Positions 9,932-18,623 of a stretch of DNA of 64,000 nt are shown here, piece by piece. Positions within the stretch are counted from its first letter, which is position 1; every line of letters begins with the position of its first letter. The position numbers and the translations under genes are program-made. This DNA is from Syntrophales bacterium (GTDB taxonomy: Bacteria > Desulfobacterota > Syntrophia > Syntrophales > UBA6807), in assembly GCA_040767195.1 (NCBI GenBank), contig JAXGPA010000001.1, positions 224,001-288,000 on the forward strand. Direction: 5' to 3'. The notes under the pieces are model-generated. The model ran no database searches. It was not told the DNA's origin and saw only the letters and a list, made by a program, of their open reading frames with translations.

Positions 9932-12317
9932 ACGGTGGAAGAAACGAATCGTCGTCCTAGACGGGGCCATGGGAACGGAGCTCCAGAAAAGGGGGCTTCC
10001 CGCCGGCGCATGCCCGGAGGTCTGGTGTCTCGAACACCCCGAAGTCATCGGGGAGGTACACCGGAATTACCGTGATGCCGGTTCCGACGTGGTCTACACA
10101 GGAACGTTCGGGGCCAACCGGCTGAAACTCGCCGAGTACGGCGTCACGAACGTATTTGACATCAACAGGAAGCTTGCCCTCACTGCGCGGACGGCCGTCG
10201 GTCCCGACGGCCTTGTGGCCGGGGACATCGGTCCCACGGGCCGGTTTGTCGAACCCTTCGGCGATCTCCCTTTCGAGGACGCCGTTTCCCTCTTCAAGGA
10301 GCAGATCGGCGGCCTCGTGGCGGGAAAGGTGGATCTTCTCGTCATCGAGACGATCCTGGACATCCAGGAGGCCCGGGCGGCTCTCATCGCCGCCCGGGAG
10401 CTGACGGACGGTTTTGTCATGGTGACCATGACCTTCGAGGAGGACGGGAAAACCCTGAACGGAACGGACCCGGTCACGGCCCTGGTCACTCTCCAGGGCC
10501 TGGGAGCCGACGCCGTGGGCTGCAACTGTTCCGCCGGCCCCGTTGAAATGATCCACTGGATCGCCGCCATGAAGCCTTACGCCACCGTTCCCCTGGTGGC
10601 CAAACCGAACGCCGGAATGCCCGAACTGAGGGACGGACGGACGGTCTTTCCCATGGGTCCCAGTGAATTCGCCCGTCATGGAAAAGAATTCGCTTCCCTG
10701 GGCATCGGGTTCATCGGCGGCTGCTGCGGCTCCGCGCCGGAACACATCCGGGCCCTGGCCGGGGAAATCAATCCCCTGGAGCGGGTCGAACCGGCCCGCC
10801 TGTCGCTCGGCGCCGTCACATCCGCCCGGAAGACGGTGATTTTCGAGGAAACGGAGGGCCTTGTCGTCATCGGAGAGCGCCTGAACCCCACGGGCAAAAA
10901 GACCCTCCAGGAGGAACTCCGGGCGGGAAAATGGGGTTTTGTCCGGTCCGCGGCCCTGGAACAGGAAGAGAAAGGAGCCCGCCTTCTCGATGTGAACGCC
11001 GCCGTGCCGGGGGAGGACGAGGTAGAACTTCTCAGCGGCCTGGTGTCCTTTCTTTCCCGGACAAGCGACCTCCCCCTGGTCATCGATTCGGCCCACCCCG
11101 GGGCCGTCGAAAAGGCTCTTCGCCTGTATCCCGGCCGGGCCCTTCTCAATTCCATCTCGGGAGAAAAGGCGAAGATAGGGGAGATCCTTCCCGTGGCGGC
11201 CCGTTACGGGACCCCCTTCATTCTCCTTCCCGTTGACGACAAGGGGGTGCCGGAAACCTGGCAAGAAAGGCGCGAGGTGATCCGGCGGGTCTGGAAGACC
11301 GCCCGAAGCCGGGGGTTCAGCCGGGATGACCTGATCGTTGACGGCCTCGTTATGACCGTTTCTTCCAACCCCGGGGCTCCCCGGGAAACCCTTGAAACGA
11401 TCCGCTGGTCCACGGACACCTTCCGGTGCCGGACCCTGGTCGGGCTTTCCAACGTGTCTTTCGGCCTGCCCGAAAGAAAATGGCTCAACGGCGCCTTCCT
11501 GGCCATGGCGGCTTCCCGGGGAGCCCGGTTCGTCATCGCCAACCCGGCAGAGCAGGAGGTAATGGCCCTGATCGCCGCCGCCGACATGCTCCTGGGAGAG
11601 GACCGCCAGGCCCGGCGCTACGTTTCCCGTTTCGCCGGGACGAAGAGCGCCGAAAAAGCGCCCCGGGACAGGGAGGAGAAAGCGCCCGGAGAGGCGGTCT
11701 TCGATGTCGTCGTCGAGGGCCGGGTGGAGGACATGGAGGAGAGCCTTCTTCGAGCCCTGGGGAAAGGGCTTCCTCCGGGGCGGATCGTCCAGGCGTTCAT
11801 GATCCCCGCCATCACCCGGGTAGGAGAGCTTTACGAGGAGCGGCGATACTTCCTCCCCCAGCTTCTGTCGAGCGCCGAGGCCATGAAGAAGGGGCTTCGC
11901 TTTTTGGAGCCGGAGCTGAGGGCCCGCGGCGAAAGGAGGAAATCCCGGGGAAGAATCGTCCTCGCCACCGTCCAGGGGGACATCCACGACATCGGCAAGA
12001 ACATCGTGTCTCTGCTTCTGGAGAACCAGGGATTTGAGATCATCGATCTCGGGAAGGACGTCTCCGCCGAGAGAATCGTCGCCGAAATCAGGCGGACCCG
12101 GCCCTTTCTTACGGGGCTTTCCGCCCTCATGACGACAACGATGACCCGGATGGATGAGGTCATTCGAAAGGCGAGAGCGGAAGGGATCGACTGTCCCTTC
12201 CTCGTCGGCGGGGCCGTTTTGACCCCCTCCTATGCCCGTTCCATCGGGGCCCGTTACGCCCGGGATGGCGTCGAGGCCGTCCGGGCGGCCGAGGAAATCC
12301 TCGGCGAGAGGTCATAA
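9906..12317 (+). CDS. metH: cobalamin-dependent methionine synthase (Hcy-, pterin- and B12-binding domains; no C-terminal reactivation domain)
   Basis: LDGAMGTELQ, GCNC, GGCCG Zn ligands, IGERLNPTGKK, GLSNVSFG, GDIHDIGKNIV, GLSALMTTT. Confidence 0.93.
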   Translation: MKRKKTLLERWKKRIVVLDGAMGTELQKRGLPAGACPEVWCLEHPEVIGEVHRNYRDAGSDVVYTGTFGANRLKLAEYGVTNVFDINRKLALTARTAVGPDGLVAGDIGPTGRFVEPFGDLPFEDAVSLFKEQIGGLVAGKVDLLVIETILDIQEARAALIAARELTDGFVMVTMTFEEDGKTLNGTDPVTALVTLQGLGADAVGCNCSAGPVEMIHWIAAMKPYATVPLVAKPNAGMPELRDGRTVFPMGPSEFARHGKEFASLGIGFIGGCCGSAPEHIRALAGEINPLERVEPARLSLGAVTSARKTVIFEETEGLVVIGERLNPTGKKTLQEELRAGKWGFVRSAALEQEEKGARLLDVNAAVPGEDEVELLSGLVSFLSRTSDLPLVIDSAHPGAVEKALRLYPGRALLNSISGEKAKIGEILPVAARYGTPFILLPVDDKGVPETWQERREVIRRVWKTARSRGFSRDDLIVDGLVMTVSSNPGAPRETLETIRWSTDTFRCRTLVGLSNVSFGLPERKWLNGAFLAMAASRGARFVIANPAEQEVMALIAAADMLLGEDRQARRYVSRFAGTKSAEKAPRDREEKAPGEAVFDVVVEGRVEDMEESLLRALGKGLPPGRIVQAFMIPAITRVGELYEERRYFLPQLLSSAEAMKKGLRFLEPELRARGERRKSRGRIVLATVQGDIHDIGKNIVSLLLENQGFEIIDLGKDVSAERIVAEIRRTRPFLTGLSALMTTTMTRMDEVIRKARAEGIDCPFLVGGAVLTPSYARSIGARYARDGVEAVRAAEEILGERS

Positions 12318-12325
12318 AAACAGGG

Positions 12326-13636
12326 TTACGGGGTCTTCGTCGATTCGATGTATTCGACGATCTTCGCCGCGATGGTCTGCACCGTTTCCTCGAACTTCCC
12401 TTCATCCTTTTCCAGGAGAGTGATCCGGAAACCGGGCATGTGGGTGAAAAACGACGTGAGCGGAACGACACAGATTCCCGTGGCGCCCAGGAGATAGTAG
12501 ACGAAACGCTTGTCGTTCTCGATCTTGCAGTCCACGATTTTTTCCACGTTTTCGCGGATGGCGGGATTTTCGATGTGGAGCTTCTGCCGCTCGTTGATGG
12601 CCGCCTCGTTGAAGACAACGGTCATGTAAAAGGCCCCGTTCGTCCGATTCACGACGATATAAGGCACATCCCGGAAAATGCTGTAGGCTATATTGGACAG
12701 TTTCTCGTAGTGAACGATTCTCTTGTCCAGATATTTCCTGTACTCCGGATGGCTCATGAGCCGCGGGATGGCCAGCTGGGGAAGGGTGGTCGAGCAGACC
12801 TCGGCCATTTTCTGGGTCAGGATGGCATTGACATACCGCTCGAAGGCAGGGTCCTTGTCGGCGTTGTAGACCTCGATCCAGCCGCATCGGGCCCCGGGCC
12901 AGGGAAACTCCTTTGAAATCCCCCTCATGCTGAAACCGGGGACATCGCCGATAATGTTGCTCAGGGGAATGGATTTCTTCCCGTTGTAAACGATGTTGCT
13001 GTAAATCTCGTCAAAAACGACGAAAAGATCGTTCTCCCGGGCGATCCGGATGATATTGTTCAGGGTTTCTTCGGGGTAGACGAAGCCCGTGGGGTTGTCC
13101 GGGTTGATGACCAGGATGCCGACGATGGTCCGGTGGCTCTTCACCTTCCGCTCCAGTTCCGCCAGGTCGGGATGCCAGTTCCGGTAAGGGTTCATCCGGT
13201 AGGTGTTCGCCGGGAAGGAGGCGTGGTGGACTTCCGCGAGGAAGTGGGTCGAATAGGTCGGCTCGGGCATGATGATCCGGGCGTCCACCCGGATGGCGCT
13301 GTAGGCCCGCGCGATGGCGTCCCCGAGCCCGTTGAAGAAGATGATGTCGTCTTTCGTGATCCTGGCCTTGCCCCGCCTGTTCACTTCCTCGGCAAGAAAC
13401 TCCCGGGTGGCGTCCACGCCCTTGGTGGGGGAATAGGCATAGGAACTGTCTTCCCGGATAATTTCAATGAGGGTTTCTTTCATCCAGTCCGGAATTTTTT
13501 CACCCTTGTGAACGGGGTCCCCGATATTCTTCCAGACGACGTTGACACCGCACTTCTCCAGCCGGTTGGCCACGCCGACGATATTCCGGATTTCATAAGT
13601 CAGACTGTTGCCGCTTTTCGCGATGTCGAATCTCAT
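12326..13636 (-). CDS. PLP-dependent class I/II aminotransferase (AlaA-like)
   Basis: NIGDP, INPDNPTG, FDEIY, ISKEFPWPGARCGW, GAFY. Confidence 0.88.
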   Translation of the reverse strand: MRFDIAKSGNSLTYEIRNIVGVANRLEKCGVNVVWKNIGDPVHKGEKIPDWMKETLIEIIREDSSYAYSPTKGVDATREFLAEEVNRRGKARITKDDIIFFNGLGDAIARAYSAIRVDARIIMPEPTYSTHFLAEVHHASFPANTYRMNPYRNWHPDLAELERKVKSHRTIVGILVINPDNPTGFVYPEETLNNIIRIARENDLFVVFDEIYSNIVYNGKKSIPLSNIIGDVPGFSMRGISKEFPWPGARCGWIEVYNADKDPAFERYVNAILTQKMAEVCSTTLPQLAIPRLMSHPEYRKYLDKRIVHYEKLSNIAYSIFRDVPYIVVNRTNGAFYMTVVFNEAAINERQKLHIENPAIRENVEKIVDCKIENDKRFVYYLLGATGICVVPLTSFFTHMPGFRITLLEKDEGKFEETVQTIAAKIVEYIESTKTP

Positions 13637-13794
13637 GAATATACAACCATCCTGTTTAAAATTATTAAATTAATTTTCCTAGTATAAAAAAAGAAAAATT
13701 TCTACTATTATTTTTTCAGCGTTTTCGTCCCGTGCCCATTTTATTTTTCCTCCCGATCCAGGCCGGGACGGCGGCATCGACGGGAGATCCAGCC

Positions 13795-13825
13795 TTGACA
13801 GGGCCCGGCCCTTTATCTATATATT
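13795..13825 (+). promoter_or_regulatory. probable sigma70 promoter for the GNAT-M20 pair
   Basis: TTGACA at 13795-13800; TATATA at 17-nt or TATATT at 19-nt spacing. Confidence 0.55.
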
Positions 13826-13864
13826 AGCGACAATTTACTTTTTTCAAGGAGCTTTAGATTTTTT

Positions 13865-14425
13865 ATGAAGAGTCAGGAAAAAGACGAACCGGGAAGTCGC
13901 AGGAAAAAACCGGAAATCAGCATACGGGAAATGGACATCGATGACATCGCCCACGTTTTTCACCTCGGGGAAAAGCTTTTCAAGGCCCAGGAGGTTCCCA
14001 ACCTGTACCGGACCTGGGACGAGTTTGAAGTCATCCAGCTCTACCAGAGCGATTCCGACCTCTGTTTCATCGCCGAGGAGGAGGACACGGAAAAAATAAT
14101 CGGGTTCGTTCTCGGCACGACGGTCACAAAAAGCCACTCCGCGTGGAAATACGGCCTCATGGTCTGGATGGGCGTCGATCCCGCCTACCGGCGGTACGCC
14201 GTCGCCACGAGGCTTTTCAACGAGCTCACCGAGGCCATGCTCGAGGAAGGGGTGCGGATGCTCCTCGTGGACACGGAAGCGGACAACCTGGAAGCTCTCC
14301 ATTTCTTCCGGAAAATGGGGTTCGGGAACCCCCAGGAACACCTGTACCTCACCCTCAACCTGGCGGCCAAGCTGAAACAGTGGAAAGAAAAAGCGAACGG
14401 GAAACCGAAACCCAATGACCGTTGA
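13865..14425 (+). CDS. GNAT-family N-acetyltransferase
   Basis: MGVDPAYRRYAVATRLF (motif A), NLEALHFFRKMGF (motif B). Confidence 0.88.
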   Translation: MKSQEKDEPGSRRKKPEISIREMDIDDIAHVFHLGEKLFKAQEVPNLYRTWDEFEVIQLYQSDSDLCFIAEEEDTEKIIGFVLGTTVTKSHSAWKYGLMVWMGVDPAYRRYAVATRLFNELTEAMLEEGVRMLLVDTEADNLEALHFFRKMGFGNPQEHLYLTLNLAAKLKQWKEKANGKPKPNDR

Positions 14426-15533
14426 CCCGGCCCCCCCAATTCAGCCGCCCCGGCTGCGGAGACTGCTGCGCCGTCTCGTCGACATCTACAGCCCTTCGGG
14501 CAAGGAAGAGGAAATACTGGGCTATCTCTCTGGATACCTGAAGCGGAGCGATCTGCCTGTCACCCGCCAGGACGTGGACGACAGCCGCTACAATCTCCTG
14601 GTCATGCCGCCGGAGATGAACATCCGTCTCGCCTTCGTGGGGCATGTGGACACCGTTTCCGCGTACGACCTGGACAGCTACGAGTACGAGGAGGAAAATG
14701 ACGAGATCTTCGGTCTCGGGGCAGCGGACATGAAGGGTGGCTGCGCCGCCATGATCGAGGCGTACCGGACCGCCTACGAGAAATTCAGGGGCCGCCTCCC
14801 GGCGGCCCTGGTTCTCGTCGTCGGGGAGGAGGAGGAAGGGGACGGGGCCCAGGAACTGGTCCGGGAGTATCATTTTCCCTGGGCCGTCATCGCCGAGCCG
14901 ACAAACCTTCTGCCCTGCCTGGGGGAGTTCGGCTATATAGAAACCCAGGTCGTGACAGGCGGAAAACGCCGCCACGCGTCGCTTGCCAGCCCTGGCCAGG
15001 GCCCCGTGGAGGCCCTGCTCAGGATCCTCATCGAACTGTCGCGGTATCACGAGGAAAAACGGCCCGAACTCATCTACAACATCCGCAACCTCTTCAGTTC
15101 CCCGGAGGGTTTCGTCGTTCCGGACCGGTGCGAGGCCTGGATCGATTCCCACCTGCCGCCGGACGCCCCCATCGGGGACATCACGCTGGAGATCGAGGAA
15201 ATCGTGGAAAGGTACCGCGAAAAAAACCCCCAGCCGGACATGGCGCTCCGCTTCACCACCCTCCACGGCGGGTTCGCCCTCCCGGAAAGAGGACCCGTCG
15301 TGGAAAGCCTCAAGAAGGTTTTTGCGAACCGTTCCCTTCCCTGGAACCCGGAGGTTTTCCGGAGCCACTCGGATGCGAACATCCTCTGGGAGGCGGGGGT
15401 CAAGCCGATCATCCTCGGACCGGGGCAGCTCGAAAAGGCCCACGCGCCGGAGGAATCCATCTCCTTTAACCAGGTCTGCCGGGCGGCGGAAGTTTACCAC
15501 GACATGATGATCGCCCTCGCTTCACCGGATTAG
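14415..15533 (+). CDS. M20 family metallo-amidohydrolase (ArgE/DapE-like)
   Basis: SPSGKEEE, GHVDTV, GLGAADMKGG, VGEEE, GPG...AHAPEE. Confidence 0.9.
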   Translation: MTVDPAPPIQPPRLRRLLRRLVDIYSPSGKEEEILGYLSGYLKRSDLPVTRQDVDDSRYNLLVMPPEMNIRLAFVGHVDTVSAYDLDSYEYEEENDEIFGLGAADMKGGCAAMIEAYRTAYEKFRGRLPAALVLVVGEEEEGDGAQELVREYHFPWAVIAEPTNLLPCLGEFGYIETQVVTGGKRRHASLASPGQGPVEALLRILIELSRYHEEKRPELIYNIRNLFSSPEGFVVPDRCEAWIDSHLPPDAPIGDITLEIEEIVERYREKNPQPDMALRFTTLHGGFALPERGPVVESLKKVFANRSLPWNPEVFRSHSDANILWEAGVKPIILGPGQLEKAHAPEESISFNQVCRAAEVYHDMMIALASPD

Positions 15534-15730
15534 ACAATCACCGCGGGGAAAAGCCCTTCCACCCCTGATTTCAGCGAAACCCCGTCACCCTTCGCCGGGG
15601 TGCCAAATCCGGAAGCCCCGACAAGAGAGACCGGGAGCGTCATAAGACTCTTTTTTCTTGACAGGAAAGGTCCCTTTTCCTATGACGTTCCACCAGGTGG
15701 AACCCTTAAAATCGACAAGGCGGGTGGAAA

Positions 15731-16714
15731 ATGGCAAAAATCAGGATCGGCATTATCGGGTACGGAAACATCGGCAGGGCCGCGGAATGGGCCGTCGAGC
15801 AGAACGGGGACATGGACCTCGGGGTCATCCTGACCCGGCGGGATCCCGGAAAAATAAAGCCCCGGAAAACCGGCGTGGCCGTCGACAGCCTGGACCGGGC
15901 TGGGGCATACGCGGACCGGATCGATGTGGCCATCCTCTGCGGGGGATCGGCGACGGACCTTCCCGAGCAGGGACCCGTCCTGGCGGCCCTCTTCAACACG
16001 GTGGACAGCTACGACACCCACGCCAAAATCCCCGACTATTTCCGGGAAGTGAACCGGGCGGCGCTGAAAGCCGGAAAAACGGCCGTCATCTCCACCGGGT
16101 GGGATCCCGGCCTCTTCTCGCTTCTTCGGGTGATCGAAGAATCCGTTCTTCCTTCTGGAAAAGCCTACACCTTCTGGGGACCCGGCGTGAGCCAGGGTCA
16201 TTCCGATGCCATAAGGCGGGTCCCCGGCGTCCGGGACGGCCGCCAGTACACGATTCCCATAGAGAAGGCCGTCGAACGGGTCCGGTCCGGCGAGGGACCG
16301 GAACTGGCCACCCGGGAAAAGCACCTCCGGGACTGCTACGTCGTCGCCGAAGAAGGCGCCGACCTGGAACGGATCCGCCGGGACATCCAGACGATGCCCC
16401 ACTATTTCTCCGATTATGACACCCGGGTCACGTTCGTCTCCCGGGAGGAAATGGACGAGAAGCACGGCCACATGCCCCACGGCGGCTTTGTCATGCGGAC
16501 AGGCCAAACGGCGGACGGGACCGGCCATGCCGTCGAATTCAGCCTCCGGCTCGAAAGCAACCCGGCCTTCACGGCCAGCGTCCTTCTCGCCTATGCCCGG
16601 GCCGCCTTCCGGCTGAACGGCGAGGGCGTCACGGGCGCGAAAACGGTCTTCGACATCGCCCCGGCGTACCTGTCCCCCCGTTCGGCAGAGGAATTGCGGA
16701 AGGAGATGCTCTGA
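15731..16714 (+). CDS. ddh: meso-diaminopimelate D-dehydrogenase
   Basis: GYGNIG, LCGGSATDLP, DSYDTHAKIP, GWDPGLFS, TFWGPGVSQGHSDAIRR, MPHGG. Confidence 0.96.
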   Translation: MAKIRIGIIGYGNIGRAAEWAVEQNGDMDLGVILTRRDPGKIKPRKTGVAVDSLDRAGAYADRIDVAILCGGSATDLPEQGPVLAALFNTVDSYDTHAKIPDYFREVNRAALKAGKTAVISTGWDPGLFSLLRVIEESVLPSGKAYTFWGPGVSQGHSDAIRRVPGVRDGRQYTIPIEKAVERVRSGEGPELATREKHLRDCYVVAEEGADLERIRRDIQTMPHYFSDYDTRVTFVSREEMDEKHGHMPHGGFVMRTGQTADGTGHAVEFSLRLESNPAFTASVLLAYARAAFRLNGEGVTGAKTVFDIAPAYLSPRSAEELRKEML

Positions 16715-16817
16715 TTCCAAACCTTCCATTGAAATCCTTTGCAAAAGCGGCGGCCGATCCTGTAGAATGGGGCCATCGTTTTCGAAACCGGCGGGACGTG
16801 AGGGAGGAATCAGGCCC

Positions 16818-17390
16818 ATGAAAAGGAGCTTGGGGAAAAGATTCCGGCTCATCCTGGGAAAGCCCTGGATCCTCAAGCTTCGGTCACGGGCCAAGTACCG
16901 GTACCTGGACATGCTTCTTTCCGTCCTGGCCGCCGCCTTCGAGGTGACAGCCGCCCGGATCCCCGAACTTCGGGAGGAGATCGCCCGGTGGGACGACGGA
17001 AGAACCTTCGCCCTCGGGATCCTTCCCAGCGGCCCCGGAATCACCCTCATCAAGGAAGAGGACCGGGTCCGTTACCTGGGAAAGGGCCTCCGGTCTCCCC
17101 GGGTGTCTTTTCTCTTCAAGAACCTTGACGCCGCGCTGCCCGTTTTTTCCGGCCTCACGGGATCCCACCACGCCCTGGCGGAGTGTCGAATCCTCGTAAA
17201 CGGCAGCATTTCAGACGCCATGGAACTGAACCGGGCCCTGATAGTGGTGCAGACCTACCTGTTCCCGGGCTTCATGCTCAAGCGGATCCTCAAGAGGCCC
17301 CCGAAGCTGGGGTTTCGGCAGATGATCCGCAAGGGCCGGGTTTACGGCGCCCTCCTCCCCGCCCTGTTCCGGCCGGGTTCCGGCGGATAA
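16818..17390 (+). CDS. hypothetical protein, possibly SCP2-like fold
   Basis: ATG at 16818 after GGAGG; first gene of the ADH-AOR operon; fold call is tentative. Confidence 0.65.
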   Translation: MKRSLGKRFRLILGKPWILKLRSRAKYRYLDMLLSVLAAAFEVTAARIPELREEIARWDDGRTFALGILPSGPGITLIKEEDRVRYLGKGLRSPRVSFLFKNLDAALPVFSGLTGSHHALAECRILVNGSISDAMELNRALIVVQTYLFPGFMLKRILKRPPKLGFRQMIRKGRVYGALLPALFRPGSGG

Positions 17391-17415
17391 AACGACATCG
17401 AACCGGGAGAAGGAC

Positions 17416-18591
17416 ATGCTTCCCACATACTATCAATTCTACTGTCCCGTCAAAATCCTGTCCGGGGAAAAAGCCCTCGGCAACGTCCCCTTTGAAATGT
17501 CCCTGCTCGGCGTCAACAACGCCATGGTCGTCACCGACCGAGGCGTCGTCGAGGCGGGTCTCGTCACCCCCATCGAATCGGCCTTCGCCGACTCGGACCG
17601 CCGGATCGGCTTCATCTTTGACGAGGTCCCCCCCGACTCGAGCAACCGGGTCGTGAACAAGCTCGCCGCCCTCTTCCGGGAAAAGGGCTGCGACTGCTTT
17701 GTCGCCGTCGGCGGCGGGAGCGCCATGGACACGGCCAAGGGGGCCAACATCGTCGTCTCCCAGGGATCGAGGGACCTTCTCGAACTCCAGGGGGCGGACC
17801 GGATCACGGCGGACCTGAAACCCCTGATCGTGGTCCCCACGACGGCGGGCACGGGCTCCGAGGTCACCCGGGTGGCGGTGATCTTCAACGAGGAAAAAAA
17901 TGTCAAGATGTCTTTCGTTTCCGACAAGCTCTATCCCCAGGTGGCCGTCATCGACCCGGCCATGACGGAGACCATGCCTCCCCGGATCACCGCGGCGACG
18001 GGGATGGACGCCCTGACCCACGCCGTGGAAGCCTTCATCTCCATCCAGAAGAACCCCCTGTCGGACATCTTCGCCTGCCGGGCCGTCGATTTCATCCGCC
18101 GGTACCTCCTCCGGGCCGTGGAAAACGGCAAAGACCGGGAAGCCCGCCTCGCCATGGCCAACGCCGCCCTTTTCGCGGGAATCGCCTTTTCCAATTCCAT
18201 GGTCGGGGTGGTCCACGCCCTGGCCCATGCCGCCGGGGGCGTGGGACGGGTCCCCCACGGCGCCGCGAACGCCCTTCTCCTCCCCTGGGGCCTGGAATAC
18301 AATCTCGACGTCTCGGAGAAGCCCCTGGCGGAACTCTCCTTTTATCTCGGCGGCGCCCCGGGGTTTCTCGACCGGCGTGCCCAGGCGGAACAGACCATAT
18401 CTCTCATCCGTAACCTTCTCGACCGGCTGAACCGGATCTCGGGACTGCCCGTCCGGCTCCGCGATGCGGGCGTCCGGGAGGACCAGCTCCCGGACATCGC
18501 CCGGACGGCGATAAACGACGGAGCCCTTCTTTACAATCCCAGGGAAGTTTCTTACGAGGACGCCTTGAGCATTCTCCGCAAAGCGTTCTGA
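17416..18591 (+). CDS. iron-containing alcohol dehydrogenase
   Basis: GGGSAMDTAK, PTTAGTGSE, GMDALTHAVEA, HALAH...PHG. Confidence 0.95.
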   Translation: MLPTYYQFYCPVKILSGEKALGNVPFEMSLLGVNNAMVVTDRGVVEAGLVTPIESAFADSDRRIGFIFDEVPPDSSNRVVNKLAALFREKGCDCFVAVGGGSAMDTAKGANIVVSQGSRDLLELQGADRITADLKPLIVVPTTAGTGSEVTRVAVIFNEEKNVKMSFVSDKLYPQVAVIDPAMTETMPPRITAATGMDALTHAVEAFISIQKNPLSDIFACRAVDFIRRYLLRAVENGKDREARLAMANAALFAGIAFSNSMVGVVHALAHAAGGVGRVPHGAANALLLPWGLEYNLDVSEKPLAELSFYLGGAPGFLDRRAQAEQTISLIRNLLDRLNRISGLPVRLRDAGVREDQLPDIARTAINDGALLYNPREVSYEDALSILRKAF

Positions 18592-18623
18592 TCTTCCGGC
18601 AAAAGACCGTCATGAGGTGATCC

